DNA of 64,000 bases from Chitinophaga pinensis (lineage in GTDB: Bacteria > Bacteroidota > Bacteroidia > Chitinophagales > Chitinophagaceae), in the NCBI GenBank assembly GCA_943333125.1, contig CALQSB010000002.1, positions 44,295 through 108,294 of the forward strand, in the 5' to 3' direction. The notes under the pieces were generated by a model. It was not told the DNA's origin, did not search any database, and saw nothing but the letters and a program-made list of their open reading frames with translations. A program made the translations under genes and the position numbers. Below, piece by piece: positions 20,005 through 30,804 of the stretch. Every line of letters starts with the position of its first letter. Position 1 is the first letter of the stretch.

Positions 20005-21156
20005 ATGCCTGAGATTATTTATTTTATTGATGATAAATTGGGAGGCGTTTCTTCTTTGAATTATAATTTAATTAAAAATGCACCTCAGGGTATCACTCAA
20101 ACAGTAATTCTTATTGATGAAAAAGAATCGGTGATGTCCAGATCGGGTATTGATTATCCCGTTAAAAAACAGATGTTATTTAAATATTCTGCTATTGAAA
20201 ATCTTTACTGTATTTTAAAAAGACTCAGAAAGAAATTGCCAGCACACGAAGCTGCTTTAATTTTAAATTACGGAACAGAAATGGCGATGCTTGATTATTT
20301 CCCGGTTAGACAAACAACCTATCAGCTCGTTCATGATCATTACAATGTTAAATTAGCTGAAAAATATGGACATATTGTCGATGTTTTTATTTGTCACAAT
20401 AGGCATGTAGAGTCTGACTTGCAAAAATTATTTCCACTTAGAAAAAAAGATATTTTTTATTTGCCCCATGGCGTCAATATTCCAGAGAAATATAGGAAAT
20501 CAGAAAAAGTGTCTGCAGCTCCTTTGAAATTATTGTTTCTTGGAAGAATGTCTCAATCAAAAGGTGTTTATGATCTTCCCATAATTGCAGAAATGCTGAG
20601 AAGCAAAAATATTGATGTGGAATGGACATGCATTGGTTCTGGTCCTGAGCTGGAGAATTTTAAAAAAAAGTGGAACTCAGAAGATAAAGTTTTATTCATT
20701 TCTCCTTCAACTTATGAAGAAGTTATTGATATAGCTGCTTCTCATGATGTTTTTGTGTTACCCACAAAATTCGAAGGATCACCTGTTTCGCTGCTGGAAA
20801 CGATGAGTGTAGGTTTGGTTCCTGTGATAACTTCCTTGCCTGGGGGGATTGAAGAAATTGTAAATAAAGAAATCGGTTTTTCGCTTCCAATAGATGATAA
20901 CATGTCATTTGCAAACGCTATTATTGATTTACACTTTGATCGTACAAAATTAAATCGGCTAAGTGAAAATTGCAGAAACAAAATTATTTCAGAATTCAAT
21001 GTCATTGATACTTCAAAAAAATATTTTAATCTTTTCTTAGATTTCAAATTATATAAAAAGGTGAAAGTTTTAAAAAGGCAGAAAACAGGTTCAAGGTTAG
21101 ATTATCCATTTATACCTAATTTGCTGACACGCATAATAAGGTCGATTGCTCATTAA
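20005..21156 (+). CDS. GT4-family glycosyltransferase
   Basis: LLFLGRM...KG, VFVLPTKFEGSPVSLLETM..G.VPV. Confidence 0.92.
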   Translation: MPEIIYFIDDKLGGVSSLNYNLIKNAPQGITQTVILIDEKESVMSRSGIDYPVKKQMLFKYSAIENLYCILKRLRKKLPAHEAALILNYGTEMAMLDYFPVRQTTYQLVHDHYNVKLAEKYGHIVDVFICHNRHVESDLQKLFPLRKKDIFYLPHGVNIPEKYRKSEKVSAAPLKLLFLGRMSQSKGVYDLPIIAEMLRSKNIDVEWTCIGSGPELENFKKKWNSEDKVLFISPSTYEEVIDIAASHDVFVLPTKFEGSPVSLLETMSVGLVPVITSLPGGIEEIVNKEIGFSLPIDDNMSFANAIIDLHFDRTKLNRLSENCRNKIISEFNVIDTSKKYFNLFLDFKLYKKVKVLKRQKTGSRLDYPFIPNLLTRIIRSIAH

Positions 21157-21179
21157 TAAAATTTCATTCTAAAAATCAA

Positions 21180-22070
21180 ATGCATTCTGACAATCATCCT
21201 CTAATCAGCATTTTGATGACTGCCTTTAATCGCGAAGATTTTATATCAGACGCCATTGAAAGTGTATTGAATTCAACATACAAAAATTTTGAATTAATTA
21301 TTGTTGATGATTGTTCCAAAGACAATACTTTACAGATTGCTAAAGATTATGCTAACAAGGATCATAGAATCAGCGTATACCTGAATGAGAAAAATCTTGG
21401 AGATTATCCCAATAGAAATAAAGCGGCCAGTTATGCAAAAGGGAAATACATAAAATATCTGGATGCAGATGACACTATTTATCCTTGGGGAATAGAAGTG
21501 GTAGTTAATTATATGGAGCAATTTCCTGAGGCGGGATATGGACTGGACTCAATTGAGCCCGACCCCGAAAAGCCATTTCCCATTTTACTAAATCCTCTCG
21601 AAACCTATCACAGAAACTATTTTAAATCTCCTGTTTTTGATAAAGCGCCATCTTCTTGTATTATCAGAAATGAGCTATTCAAACAATATGGAGGATTCAA
21701 CATTAATAGAAACATCAGCGATTTTGAATTCTGGCATAAATTATCGCGGAAACAAAATGTGTTGTTGATGCCTCATGGAATTATATGGTGTAGGATACAT
21801 GCTGGTCAGGAATCTCAATTATATCGGGATAATAGTGTTATTATTTTTAAATATTCAATTGTAGAATTAGAAAGTTTAAAAGATAAAGATTGTCCGCTTC
21901 CACAACATGAAAGAGAATTGCTGATCAGGAAAATCAAAAGATCACAAGCGAGAGGGATATTGAGATCATTATTGGTAGAAAGAAATATAAATAATACAAA
22001 AGAAAAACTCAGTTTGTCGGGAATGAATGTGTTGAAAGCTCTTGTTTACTCATTCAGAAAGTATGAATAA
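21180..22070 (+). CDS. GT2-family glycosyltransferase, paralogue A
   Basis: ISILMTAFNRE, ELIIVDDCSKD, YLDADD (DXD). Confidence 0.93.
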   Translation: MHSDNHPLISILMTAFNREDFISDAIESVLNSTYKNFELIIVDDCSKDNTLQIAKDYANKDHRISVYLNEKNLGDYPNRNKAASYAKGKYIKYLDADDTIYPWGIEVVVNYMEQFPEAGYGLDSIEPDPEKPFPILLNPLETYHRNYFKSPVFDKAPSSCIIRNELFKQYGGFNINRNISDFEFWHKLSRKQNVLLMPHGIIWCRIHAGQESQLYRDNSVIIFKYSIVELESLKDKDCPLPQHERELLIRKIKRSQARGILRSLLVERNINNTKEKLSLSGMNVLKALVYSFRKYE

Positions 22071-22725
22071 AATGCTGTCAATTATATTTGAACCTTATCG
22101 TTTGTTGAGGAAGCTTAGGTTGTTCATGGAAAGATTGCTTTCGTTTTTTCCTGCGTTCCGTTTTTTCAAAGCAACAAAAAATGATGAATATCCAATATCA
22201 CTTTCTATTTGGTTTAAACAAAAAGTTCTTGGCAATAATTCAGCAGCCTATTGGCCGATGCATCCATCTAGTTTGGTTAGTTATGCAAATAAAATTGTCA
22301 TAGGTAAAGGAGTGGTTCCTGGTTATAATCCCGGTTGTTATTTACATGGCGTGAATGGAATTTTTATAGGAGATTATACTTTCATTGCCCCCAATGTTGG
22401 AATCATGAGTGGCAATCATGATTTATATGATTTGCGAAACCAAACAACAACATCGCCGGTCAAAATTGGCAAGTACTGTTGGTTGGGAATGAATGCGGTA
22501 ATTTTACCAGGAGTGGTGCTGGGTGATTTTACCATTGTTGGAGCAGGAGCAATTGTTACCCATTCTTTTGAAGAAGGGTATTGTGTAATTGGCGGAAACC
22601 CTGCAAGAGTATTACGAAAGCTTGAAAAAGAAAATTGTGTCAGATATGAAATGGGATATAGTTATATTGGTTATGTTCCAGCCGAAAAATTTGATCATTT
22701 TAGAAAATTAAAAATAAATATTTGA
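22063..22725 (+). CDS. Left-handed beta-helix acetyltransferase
   Basis: IGDYTFIAPNVGIMSGNH, IGKYCWLGMNAVILPGV.LG...IVGAGAIV, GNPAR. ATG 22063 overlaps the upstream stop (ATGAATAA), so it is preferred over TTG 22042. Confidence 0.9.
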   Translation: MNKMLSIIFEPYRLLRKLRLFMERLLSFFPAFRFFKATKNDEYPISLSIWFKQKVLGNNSAAYWPMHPSSLVSYANKIVIGKGVVPGYNPGCYLHGVNGIFIGDYTFIAPNVGIMSGNHDLYDLRNQTTTSPVKIGKYCWLGMNAVILPGVVLGDFTIVGAGAIVTHSFEEGYCVIGGNPARVLRKLEKENCVRYEMGYSYIGYVPAEKFDHFRKLKINI

Positions 22726-22729
22726 CAAC

Positions 22730-24463
22730 ATGTGTGGAATAGCGGGTTCCTATAGCCCAGATAAAAAAGATAGTTTTGAGCAATTGAAAACAATGGCGGA
22801 TAAGCTTGTACACAGAGGACCAGATGGAGAAGGATTCTGGATACATGAAAATGAAGGAGTGGGTTTTGCTCATAGGCGTCTTTCTATCATTGATTTAAGT
22901 GAAAGAGCCAAACAACCTATGCATTATCAAAATCGGTTCACCATCACTTTTAATGGGGAGATCTATAATTATATTGAATTAAAAAAAGAATTAGAACAAA
23001 AAGGGTATTCATTTTCTTCACAGTCGGATACTGAAGTATTAATGGCCTTATATGCGGATGAAGGGTATGAATGTTTGAAGAAGTTAGATGGAATGTTTGC
23101 TTTTGCAATCTGGGATGATGTAAAAAAAGAGCTTTTTATCGCAAGAGATCGGTTTGGTGAAAAACCTTTGTATTATACATTCTTTGAAAATACTTTCTAT
23201 TTTGCATCAGAGATGAAAGCCCTTTTTTCTTTAGGGATTTCAAAACTGGCAACACCCGATAGAATTTTTAAATATCTTGATTCCAATATTCTTATCGATG
23301 AAGAAGATACAGAAAGTACTTTTTATAAAAATATCCGTCAACTAGATGCTGCTCATTATCTTATCCTCAGGAAAGCAAAAATCGAAAAGAGATGCAAGTA
23401 TTGGGGGTTAGAAAATGTAAAAATAAACTATGATATAAAATTTCATGAGGCAATTATAGAATTCAAAAGGTTGTTGACTGATTCGATAGATAAAAGAATG
23501 AGAACCGATACTACAATTGGCTCCTGTCTTTCTGGAGGTATTGATTCTAGTGCGATTACATTGATTGCAAAAAGCCTTAGTAGTGGAGACCGGCTAGAGA
23601 ATATTTTTTCTGCAAGGTTTAAAGATTTCCATAAAGATGAAGGTGAATATATAAAAATGGTTACCGAAAAAATAAATGGATCAAATTTTTATTCGGTTTA
23701 TCCAACTGCCGAACAGCTTATGGAGGATATCAATCTGTTTGCTTACACACAGGAGGAGCCTATTTATTCTGCAAGTACATACAATCAATTTTGTGTGATG
23801 CGACTTGCCAAAGAAAACAATACTATTGTTTTACTTGAAGGTCAGGGTGCTGATGAACAATTGGGCGGGTATAATCATTATTACAGACATTATCTGAGTT
23901 ATCTGGTAACCCAAAATCCTAAGTCTTTTCTTCATGAAAGAAAAGGGTATAAGAATATTCACGGATTAAACCATCCTTATCATATTCCCAGGAAAATGCC
24001 TTTGTGGTATCTAGGCAAATTGATGTTGGGAACGAAATATAAATTTGATCTTGACATAAGATCTTTATTGATTAAAGATTCAACTCAAACCAATTTGAAA
24101 TCATTATTGAGATATGGAGATAGAAATTCAATGGCTTTCTCCCGAGAAATCAGAGTTCCCTTTCTTAATCATCATCTTTCAGAATTTATTTTTTCATTGC
24201 CAATCGATTTTATTTTCAATGAGGGTTGGACTAAGTACATCTTGAGGAAATCTATAGAAGGAATTGTGCCAGATGACATCACCTGGCGTAAAGATAAAGT
24301 AGGTTATGAGCCTCCACAAGGAAAGTGGCTAGAGAAATTACTTCCTTTTTATGAAGGCTTTAAAAAGAAATCCAATTATCTCGATTTTACAGGGGGTAAA
24401 AAAGTGAAAGAAGCTGACCTTACCAACTGGAAATGGCTGATGCTTAAATTGTATATGGAATAG
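22730..24463 (+). CDS. asnB: AsnB-like glutamine amidotransferase, copy 2
   Basis: MCGIAG, HRGPDGEG, HRRLSIIDLS, NGEIYNY, ARDRFGEKPLYY, LSGGIDSS, GQGADE, E.RVPFL. Confidence 0.93.
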   Translation: MCGIAGSYSPDKKDSFEQLKTMADKLVHRGPDGEGFWIHENEGVGFAHRRLSIIDLSERAKQPMHYQNRFTITFNGEIYNYIELKKELEQKGYSFSSQSDTEVLMALYADEGYECLKKLDGMFAFAIWDDVKKELFIARDRFGEKPLYYTFFENTFYFASEMKALFSLGISKLATPDRIFKYLDSNILIDEEDTESTFYKNIRQLDAAHYLILRKAKIEKRCKYWGLENVKINYDIKFHEAIIEFKRLLTDSIDKRMRTDTTIGSCLSGGIDSSAITLIAKSLSSGDRLENIFSARFKDFHKDEGEYIKMVTEKINGSNFYSVYPTAEQLMEDINLFAYTQEEPIYSASTYNQFCVMRLAKENNTIVLLEGQGADEQLGGYNHYYRHYLSYLVTQNPKSFLHERKGYKNIHGLNHPYHIPRKMPLWYLGKLMLGTKYKFDLDIRSLLIKDSTQTNLKSLLRYGDRNSMAFSREIRVPFLNHHLSEFIFSLPIDFIFNEGWTKYILRKSIEGIVPDDITWRKDKVGYEPPQGKWLEKLLPFYEGFKKKSNYLDFTGGKKVKEADLTNWKWLMLKLYME

Positions 24464-24573
24464 TAGGATGAACTTTTTACACAGATATCAGCTTGGGCTT
24501 TACATCCTTTTTTTAATTTGATATTTGTAAATTAACTTTTTTTAGATCTGAAATAAAACATTAAAACTTTAAA

Positions 24574-25317
24574 ATGAATTTTTTAAAAAAACTAAAGATG
24601 TTCAATCGCGTACTGAATAATCACAGTACTCAATTGAGACATGTAGAAGATGTTTATAGTTTGGAGTTATTAAATAAAATGACTGGATCAGAGAATTATA
24701 TTCCTTTTACTTCTATGTCTTTAAGGCCTTATGCATTGGCGTTTCTTTTAAATGAGATGTTGATTAATCAAAGGAAATCAGTTATTGAATTTGGGGCAGG
24801 AATTTCAACAATTATGATGGCCAGGCTGGCCAAAAAAAATAAACTTCCGGCAAAAATTATATCTGTTGAAGAAAATCAAGATTGGGTAAATGTGGTTAAA
24901 AATATTTTAGTTGATGAAGGGATTGATGGTTATGTAGAGATTATTTATGCACCTGTTGTTAGACGGAACTTTAAAGGAATTGAGAATCATTGGTATGAAG
25001 ATAAAAAACTGAAAGAAATACTAAAAAATAGTGCTCCTTTTGATTTGGTAATGATTGATGGGCCAACAGCTTTTAATGAGAAGCTTGCCTTAAGTAGATA
25101 TTATGCAATGCCTTTCTTATTTGAAAGTCTTGCAAATGAGCATGTGATATTTTTGGATGATGTGAACAGGAATGGAGAAAAAATGGCAATGACACACTGG
25201 GGAAAAGACTACGGGAAAAAATTCTCTGTTTATGCAGGTACTTTGGGTGTTTGTTATGTAGGCAATCATTATGAAAGTAATCCTATAAAATTCATCGATG
25301 TTGACTATTTTAACTAA
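24574..25317 (+). CDS. Class I SAM-dependent methyltransferase
   Basis: VIEFGAGIST, ISVEEN, DLVMIDGP, IFLDDVNR. Confidence 0.82.
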   Translation: MNFLKKLKMFNRVLNNHSTQLRHVEDVYSLELLNKMTGSENYIPFTSMSLRPYALAFLLNEMLINQRKSVIEFGAGISTIMMARLAKKNKLPAKIISVEENQDWVNVVKNILVDEGIDGYVEIIYAPVVRRNFKGIENHWYEDKKLKEILKNSAPFDLVMIDGPTAFNEKLALSRYYAMPFLFESLANEHVIFLDDVNRNGEKMAMTHWGKDYGKKFSVYAGTLGVCYVGNHYESNPIKFIDVDYFN

Positions 25318-25330
25318 TCAGAATTATTAA

Positions 25331-26182
25331 ATGGCAATGAATTTAAATCCTTTAGTTAGTGTGTTAATGACCTCATTTAATCGAGAAAAGTATATTGCAA
25401 TTTCAATAAAAAGTGTTCTTGATTCTAGTTTTAAAGATTTTGAACTTATTATTCTTGATGATGGGTCAACTGATAATACCCTTAAAATCGCAAATTCATT
25501 TGCAGAATTAGATAATAGAATAAGAGTTTATCGTAACGAAAAAAATCTTGGTGATTACCCTAATAGAAACAAAGTCGCTTCATACGCAGTCGGGAAATAT
25601 CTTAAGTACATTGATTCTGATGATTTGATTTATCCATGGGGTTTGGAACTTATGGTTAAAATGATGGAAGATCATCCAAGTGCGGGTTGGGGATTATGTT
25701 CTATGGAAGCAAACAAAGAATTTATTTTCCCGATTGAACTAACTCCTGATAAGACTTATGAATATAATTATTTAGGTCCAGGATTATTTAAACGATCTCC
25801 TTTATCTTCAATAATAAATCGTGAAGTATTTAATGCAGTAGGAGGTTTTATGCCAATAAGAATGGCGGGGGATTTTGAAATGTGGCATAGATTAGCTTTG
25901 CAATATAATGTGTTATTAATGCCTCAGGGATTTGTATGGTATCGTGTACATAATGCACAGGAGATAAATAATTTTCATGAATATGCTCAAGTTTATGAAG
26001 CGTTGAAAATGAAATATCTGAAAGAAGCTGAATCGTTTTTAGGGAAGATCAAAATAAATGTCATCAAAAAAAAAGAAATAAAAAGATTGCTGAAAGAAAT
26101 GTTATTCAGTGTTTTGAAATTTCGGGTTAAAAATTTATTGATTCAGGTTAAAAGTTTATTTTTCATTTACAGAAATTATTGA
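25331..26182 (+). CDS. GT2-family glycosyltransferase, paralogue B
   Basis: VSVLMTSFNRE, DDGSTD, YIDSDD; shares NEKNLGDYPNRNK and IYPWG with 21180..22070. Confidence 0.93.
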   Translation: MAMNLNPLVSVLMTSFNREKYIAISIKSVLDSSFKDFELIILDDGSTDNTLKIANSFAELDNRIRVYRNEKNLGDYPNRNKVASYAVGKYLKYIDSDDLIYPWGLELMVKMMEDHPSAGWGLCSMEANKEFIFPIELTPDKTYEYNYLGPGLFKRSPLSSIINREVFNAVGGFMPIRMAGDFEMWHRLALQYNVLLMPQGFVWYRVHNAQEINNFHEYAQVYEALKMKYLKEAESFLGKIKINVIKKKEIKRLLKEMLFSVLKFRVKNLLIQVKSLFFIYRNY

Positions 26183-26249
26183 ATTGAATTAATAGATTTC
26201 GAAGTCTGCTCACGTTTTACTTTCTAACATAATAGGGTTTAAAAATGGA

Positions 26250-27401
26250 ATGAAATTTACAAAAAAAAATATTCTCATTATTTCCCAACAAAGCTGGAGC
26301 AAGTTATTTGTTTCGAAACATCATTATGCTTTGGAACTGGCAAAGATGGGGAACAATGTATTTTTTCTAAATCCTCCTGATGAAAAAGCGGGTTCTTTAA
26401 ATGAGCGGATAGAAATTATTCAAAGTAAAGAACATCCATCTCTTCATATTATTTATAACAAACTGTGGTTTCCTTATTTTCTGAAATTCCATTTTATAAA
26501 ATCGTTTCATTTTTTGATGAATTTTCACATAAAAAAAGTCATCAGAAAAATTGGTAAAGACATTGATTTGGTTTGGTCTTTTGATTTGGCGAATGTGTAC
26601 CCGTTGATTTATTTTCCAAAATCAGCAGTTAAGATTTTTCATCCAGTTGATCCGCCTTCAGATGTACAATCTATAAAAGCTGCAATTGGTGCAAATTTTA
26701 TTTTCTCGACAGCTAGCGAAATTCTTGATTTGTATAAAGATTTTAATTGTCCCAAAAGTATAATCAATCACGGGCTTTCAGAAGTATTCCTCAACAGGAA
26801 AGACAACTCGGTGTCAAACCCAATGCCCAGAATTGGAATTTCAGGAAATCTTTTACGTCATGATATTGACCATAATGTGATGACATTAATTTTTAAACAG
26901 CATCCGGAATGTATGTTTGAATGTTGGGGAACTAAAAGTATACAGCATTCAAATGTTCAAACAGAAGTGACATCAATTGAACTTGATTTTATTAAAGAAA
27001 TTAGTAGTCTGCCCAATGTGATTATGCATGGGGTTGTGCCTACTCAAAAACTTGCAGAAGAGTATCAGCGAATGAATGCTTTTTTGATTTGCTATAACCT
27101 GAATGCCAAAAACAAGCTGGGGCCAAACTATCATAAAGTACTTGAATTTATGAGTACTGGAAAAGTAATTGTTTCAAACTATATGAGTCCTTATTCCGAA
27201 AAAAAAGACCTTATCTGTATGTCCGGCAATCCTCAAGACAATGCAGAATTGCCCTGGTTATTTAAAGAGGTTATTGCTAATCTTGCTTTTTTTAATTCGG
27301 AAGATAAACAGCAAAATAGAAAAAGATTTGCTGAAGACAATATATATCCACTTCAGATTTCGAGAATTGAATCTGTGATAAATCAATATTTACTTAATTA
27401 G
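26250..27401 (+). CDS. Probable GT-B glycosyltransferase
   Basis: SKHHYALELAKMGN.VFFLNP N-terminus; C-terminal ...KVLEFMSTGKVIVS resembling the GT-B nucleotide-binding motif. Confidence 0.7.
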   Translation: MKFTKKNILIISQQSWSKLFVSKHHYALELAKMGNNVFFLNPPDEKAGSLNERIEIIQSKEHPSLHIIYNKLWFPYFLKFHFIKSFHFLMNFHIKKVIRKIGKDIDLVWSFDLANVYPLIYFPKSAVKIFHPVDPPSDVQSIKAAIGANFIFSTASEILDLYKDFNCPKSIINHGLSEVFLNRKDNSVSNPMPRIGISGNLLRHDIDHNVMTLIFKQHPECMFECWGTKSIQHSNVQTEVTSIELDFIKEISSLPNVIMHGVVPTQKLAEEYQRMNAFLICYNLNAKNKLGPNYHKVLEFMSTGKVIVSNYMSPYSEKKDLICMSGNPQDNAELPWLFKEVIANLAFFNSEDKQQNRKRFAEDNIYPLQISRIESVINQYLLN

Positions 27402-27423
27402 TGAAATACAATTTTGTTTTATA

Positions 27424-28608
27424 ATGTCCGCAAAACCTAAAATATCTTATTTTCTAAGCCATCCAATACAATATTTTTCTCCGTTACTGGCAGAGATGGC
27501 TAAGGAATTTGATTTGCATGTTTATTATTTTTCTGATGCCAGCATTAAAGGAGGCATGGATAAAGGATTTGGTCGCGAAATAAAATGGGATGTTCCCTTA
27601 TTAAATGGGTATAATTATACTTTTTTAAAAAACTATTCAAAAAGTGATTCACTTTCAAATAAAACATTTGATGCGGTGAATTTTGGTGTGATAAAAAAAA
27701 TAGTTCAAGATAAATCTGATGTTTTAATTATTAATGGATGGTCTTATTTTTCAAATATTCTTGTAATTATAACAGGAAGAATGCTGGGTAAATCGGTATG
27801 GTTGAGATCTGAAAATCCGTTGCGATCTGAATTGAAAAAATCGAAGAAAAATCTATTTCTAAAAAAGTTTTTTCTTAAAAATATTGTTTTCAAATTAGTT
27901 AGTAAATTTCTATACATAGGAGAGGAGAGCAAAGACTTTTTTGAATACTACGGTGTTCCAGCTAAAAAATTAATTTACACACCTTATGCTGTAAATAATT
28001 CTTTTTTTCAAACTAATTACGAAGCATATAACAATAAAAGAGAATCAATTTTGACAGAGCTGAATTTACCGGTTAATCATAAAGTGATTTTGTATTCGGC
28101 TAAATATATTCCGGTAAAAAGGCCACTTGATTTGATAATGGCTTTTGAAAAACTGAATGTACCGGATATATCATTAGTTATGGTAGGTGAAGGGGAACTT
28201 CGAAATGAAATGGAATATTATATTAAAAAAAATAATCTGAAAAATGTTTATTTGACTGGATTCGTAAATCAGAGTTTGATTTCCAAATATTATAGCATTG
28301 CCAATGTATTTGTAATGTGCTCAGAGTTTGAACCTTGGGGGCTTTCAATCAACGAGGCCATTAATTTTAATATACCACTTGTAGTATCTGACATTGTAGG
28401 AAGTGTTCCAAATCTGGTTTTTACTGGTCAAAATGGATATGTTTTTGAAATGGGCAATATTGTTGATTTGAGTAACTGTATTTTGAAAATATTAAATGGT
28501 TCTATAGAATCTGAAAAACAAACAAAACTCAATAGTCGAATTCTGGAAATTCATGATAATAAAGAAATAGTCAAGAATCTTTCTCTAGGTATTTTAAAGG
28601 CTAAATGA
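27424..28608 (+). CDS. GT4-family glycosyltransferase
   Basis: SHPIQYFSP, ILYSAKYIPVKRP, VFVMCSEFEPWGLSINEA. Confidence 0.92.
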   Translation: MSAKPKISYFLSHPIQYFSPLLAEMAKEFDLHVYYFSDASIKGGMDKGFGREIKWDVPLLNGYNYTFLKNYSKSDSLSNKTFDAVNFGVIKKIVQDKSDVLIINGWSYFSNILVIITGRMLGKSVWLRSENPLRSELKKSKKNLFLKKFFLKNIVFKLVSKFLYIGEESKDFFEYYGVPAKKLIYTPYAVNNSFFQTNYEAYNNKRESILTELNLPVNHKVILYSAKYIPVKRPLDLIMAFEKLNVPDISLVMVGEGELRNEMEYYIKKNNLKNVYLTGFVNQSLISKYYSIANVFVMCSEFEPWGLSINEAINFNIPLVVSDIVGSVPNLVFTGQNGYVFEMGNIVDLSNCILKILNGSIESEKQTKLNSRILEIHDNKEIVKNLSLGILKAK

Positions 28609-28621
28609 AATAATTTAATAC

Positions 28622-29656
28622 ATGCAAAAAAAGATAGAAAAAATATTAATTGTTGGCGTGACTTATGATTTTGCTCTTGAGCAATCCTATGCAAGGGCTG
28701 CTCAACATTTGGGAATGAAAGTGAAAATGTTTGATCCAATAATTGTTTCAGAAAAGTATTCTAAGTTTGGTTTTTTTGGAAAGCAACTTCAGCGTTTTCT
28801 TCCAGTAGAAGCATGGGATAGAAAAGTTAACCGTGAATTAATTGTTACCGTAAAGGAATATGAACCTGATCTCATAATGGTTTTTACAAGCACCCGTGTG
28901 TTGTATGGATCCTTAATTACTATTAAAACAATTAGTAAAGCTAAAATTGTATGGATTTGGCCTGATTCTCCATTGAACTTAAATGAAAATAATTATTTCA
29001 GCAGAAAATTGTTTGATCTTTCGGCAACATATAGTATCGGAAGCTTGCCATATCTAGAGCATGTAGGGTTTAATAATGTACATTGGGTTCCTCTTGCCGG
29101 AGATTCTATGTTGCATTCCATTAAAAAAGAAAAAACAGCGTTAATCAGAGATGTTTCATTTGTAGGCATGTGGCGTCCGGAAAGAGAAAAGTATATGAAA
29201 TCAATAATTGAAAACTTAGGGCATCTGAACATTGAGATTTACGGAAGTGTTTGGAAACGAGATTGTAAAGATAAGGCAGTATTAAAAAAGTGGAAAGGGA
29301 ATGGAATTACGGGAAAAGAAATGGCCCGATATTTTTCATCATCACGAGTGAATATCAATGTTATAGATGATACCAATTTCCCGGCAGCCAACATGCGTTT
29401 TTTTGAAATTTGTATGGCAGGAGGATTGCAGGTAACCACATTAGCTCCTGAAATGGAAAGTAAATTTGTTCATAAAAAACATCTGCTCTATTCAAAAAAT
29501 GAAAGCGAAATGTTAGAAAATATTCAATGGGTATTGAAAAATCCAGATCAGGCAGATCAAATCAGAAAAGACGGGCAAGAACTTGTTGAGAATTCAGAAC
29601 TTTATATTCATCGATTTAATTACATAATTTCTGAACTAAGTAAGATTAATGATTAA
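28622..29656 (+). CDS. CgeB/YkvP-like (Glyco_trans_1_2) glycosyltransferase
   Basis: DVSFVG...R, IYG..W, S.VNIN, NMRFFEICMAGG, ...HIYIHR-like end. Confidence 0.82.
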   Translation: MQKKIEKILIVGVTYDFALEQSYARAAQHLGMKVKMFDPIIVSEKYSKFGFFGKQLQRFLPVEAWDRKVNRELIVTVKEYEPDLIMVFTSTRVLYGSLITIKTISKAKIVWIWPDSPLNLNENNYFSRKLFDLSATYSIGSLPYLEHVGFNNVHWVPLAGDSMLHSIKKEKTALIRDVSFVGMWRPEREKYMKSIIENLGHLNIEIYGSVWKRDCKDKAVLKKWKGNGITGKEMARYFSSSRVNINVIDDTNFPAANMRFFEICMAGGLQVTTLAPEMESKFVHKKHLLYSKNESEMLENIQWVLKNPDQADQIRKDGQELVENSELYIHRFNYIISELSKIND

Positions 29657-30779
29657 ATCAGATTTAAATAATCTGAAAAAATACCTAATGAAGTTATCTG
29701 TTTTACATTTTAATCCTCCTGAGAAATATCCGCCACTGATGAATCTGCTTAATTTTATAGCAGACCAAAATGGAGTTCCAACGGAAGTTTTTACCACACA
29801 TCAAAATACAGGGAATAATAAATACGCTAATAATTCTATTCTGATTCACCATTATGGAAAGAATTCTTTTAATCCTATAAAGAGGTATTTCGCTTATCTG
29901 ATTTTTAATATCAGAACATTTTTTCGACTGATCATAAAGAAACCAGATTTGGTTTTGGTATATGAAACCATATCAGTGCTGCCTGCTTTTTATTATTTAA
30001 AGTTTTTTAAGCATAAAAAACTGATGATTCATTATCATGAATATACTAGTCCATCAGAAATTGAAATGGGTTCAAGGTATTATAAATTCCTTCATAATCT
30101 TGAAAAAAAAATGTTCCAAAAAGCTCAGTGGATTTCTCATACCAATCAAGAGAGACTTGATTTGTTTAGAAATGATAATGCTTCAGTTTCATTCAGCAGC
30201 TTAAATGTTTTACCTAATTATCCGCCGTTAAGTTTTTATGATGTTGTTCCTCATACTATTTCAACTCCGGTAAAATTTGTTTATTGTGGTGTTTTAAGTA
30301 CAGATAATATGTTTTTAAAAGAATTTTCGGATTACATTATTTCTCAAAAAGGGAATGCGATTTGTGATTTTTATGTTCTGAATTGTTCTGATCAAATTAA
30401 ATCATATTTTGCTTCAATAGATGAATGTTTACGCTTGCATGAAGAAATCTATTATTTTGATTTGCCAAAGGTGTTGACTAAATATGATATTGGGGTAGTC
30501 TTGCACAAAGGAACAAGTCCGAATTATCAATTTAATTTGCCAAATAAAGTACTTGAATATCTTTCTTCTGGGTTGGAAGTATGGTGCAGTAGTGAGCTTT
30601 CAACAACAGTTCACTTTAAAAACAATAATAATTTAGAACAATTGAAAATTGTTGATTTTTCATATTTACCTCAATTGGAAATTGGGAAGCACCTGAATAA
30701 ACTGCCCGATCAATTTATTTCAAAATATAATTCACAATCTGTGTACACGAATTTTTTAAATCAGGTATCTAAAAAATAG
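29649..30779 (+). CDS. Probable GT-B glycosyltransferase
   Basis: E.YPP.MN N-terminus, IHYHE, FVYCGVL, YDIGVV...PNKVLEYL..GL. Confidence 0.68.
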   Translation: MIKSDLNNLKKYLMKLSVLHFNPPEKYPPLMNLLNFIADQNGVPTEVFTTHQNTGNNKYANNSILIHHYGKNSFNPIKRYFAYLIFNIRTFFRLIIKKPDLVLVYETISVLPAFYYLKFFKHKKLMIHYHEYTSPSEIEMGSRYYKFLHNLEKKMFQKAQWISHTNQERLDLFRNDNASVSFSSLNVLPNYPPLSFYDVVPHTISTPVKFVYCGVLSTDNMFLKEFSDYIISQKGNAICDFYVLNCSDQIKSYFASIDECLRLHEEIYYFDLPKVLTKYDIGVVLHKGTSPNYQFNLPNKVLEYLSSGLEVWCSSELSTTVHFKNNNNLEQLKIVDFSYLPQLEIGKHLNKLPDQFISKYNSQSVYTNFLNQVSKK

Positions 30780-30804
30780 ATCAGGGTTTTATAAATGTAT
30801 TTTT

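Noticed and set aside
10271-24463. The two asnB-like genes as housekeeping asparagine synthetases, or the carbamoyltransferase and TylF genes as an antibiotic cluster
   Set aside because: The context is all glycosyltransferases and exporters, with no PKS, NRPS or resistance genes; glycan tailoring is the simpler reading.
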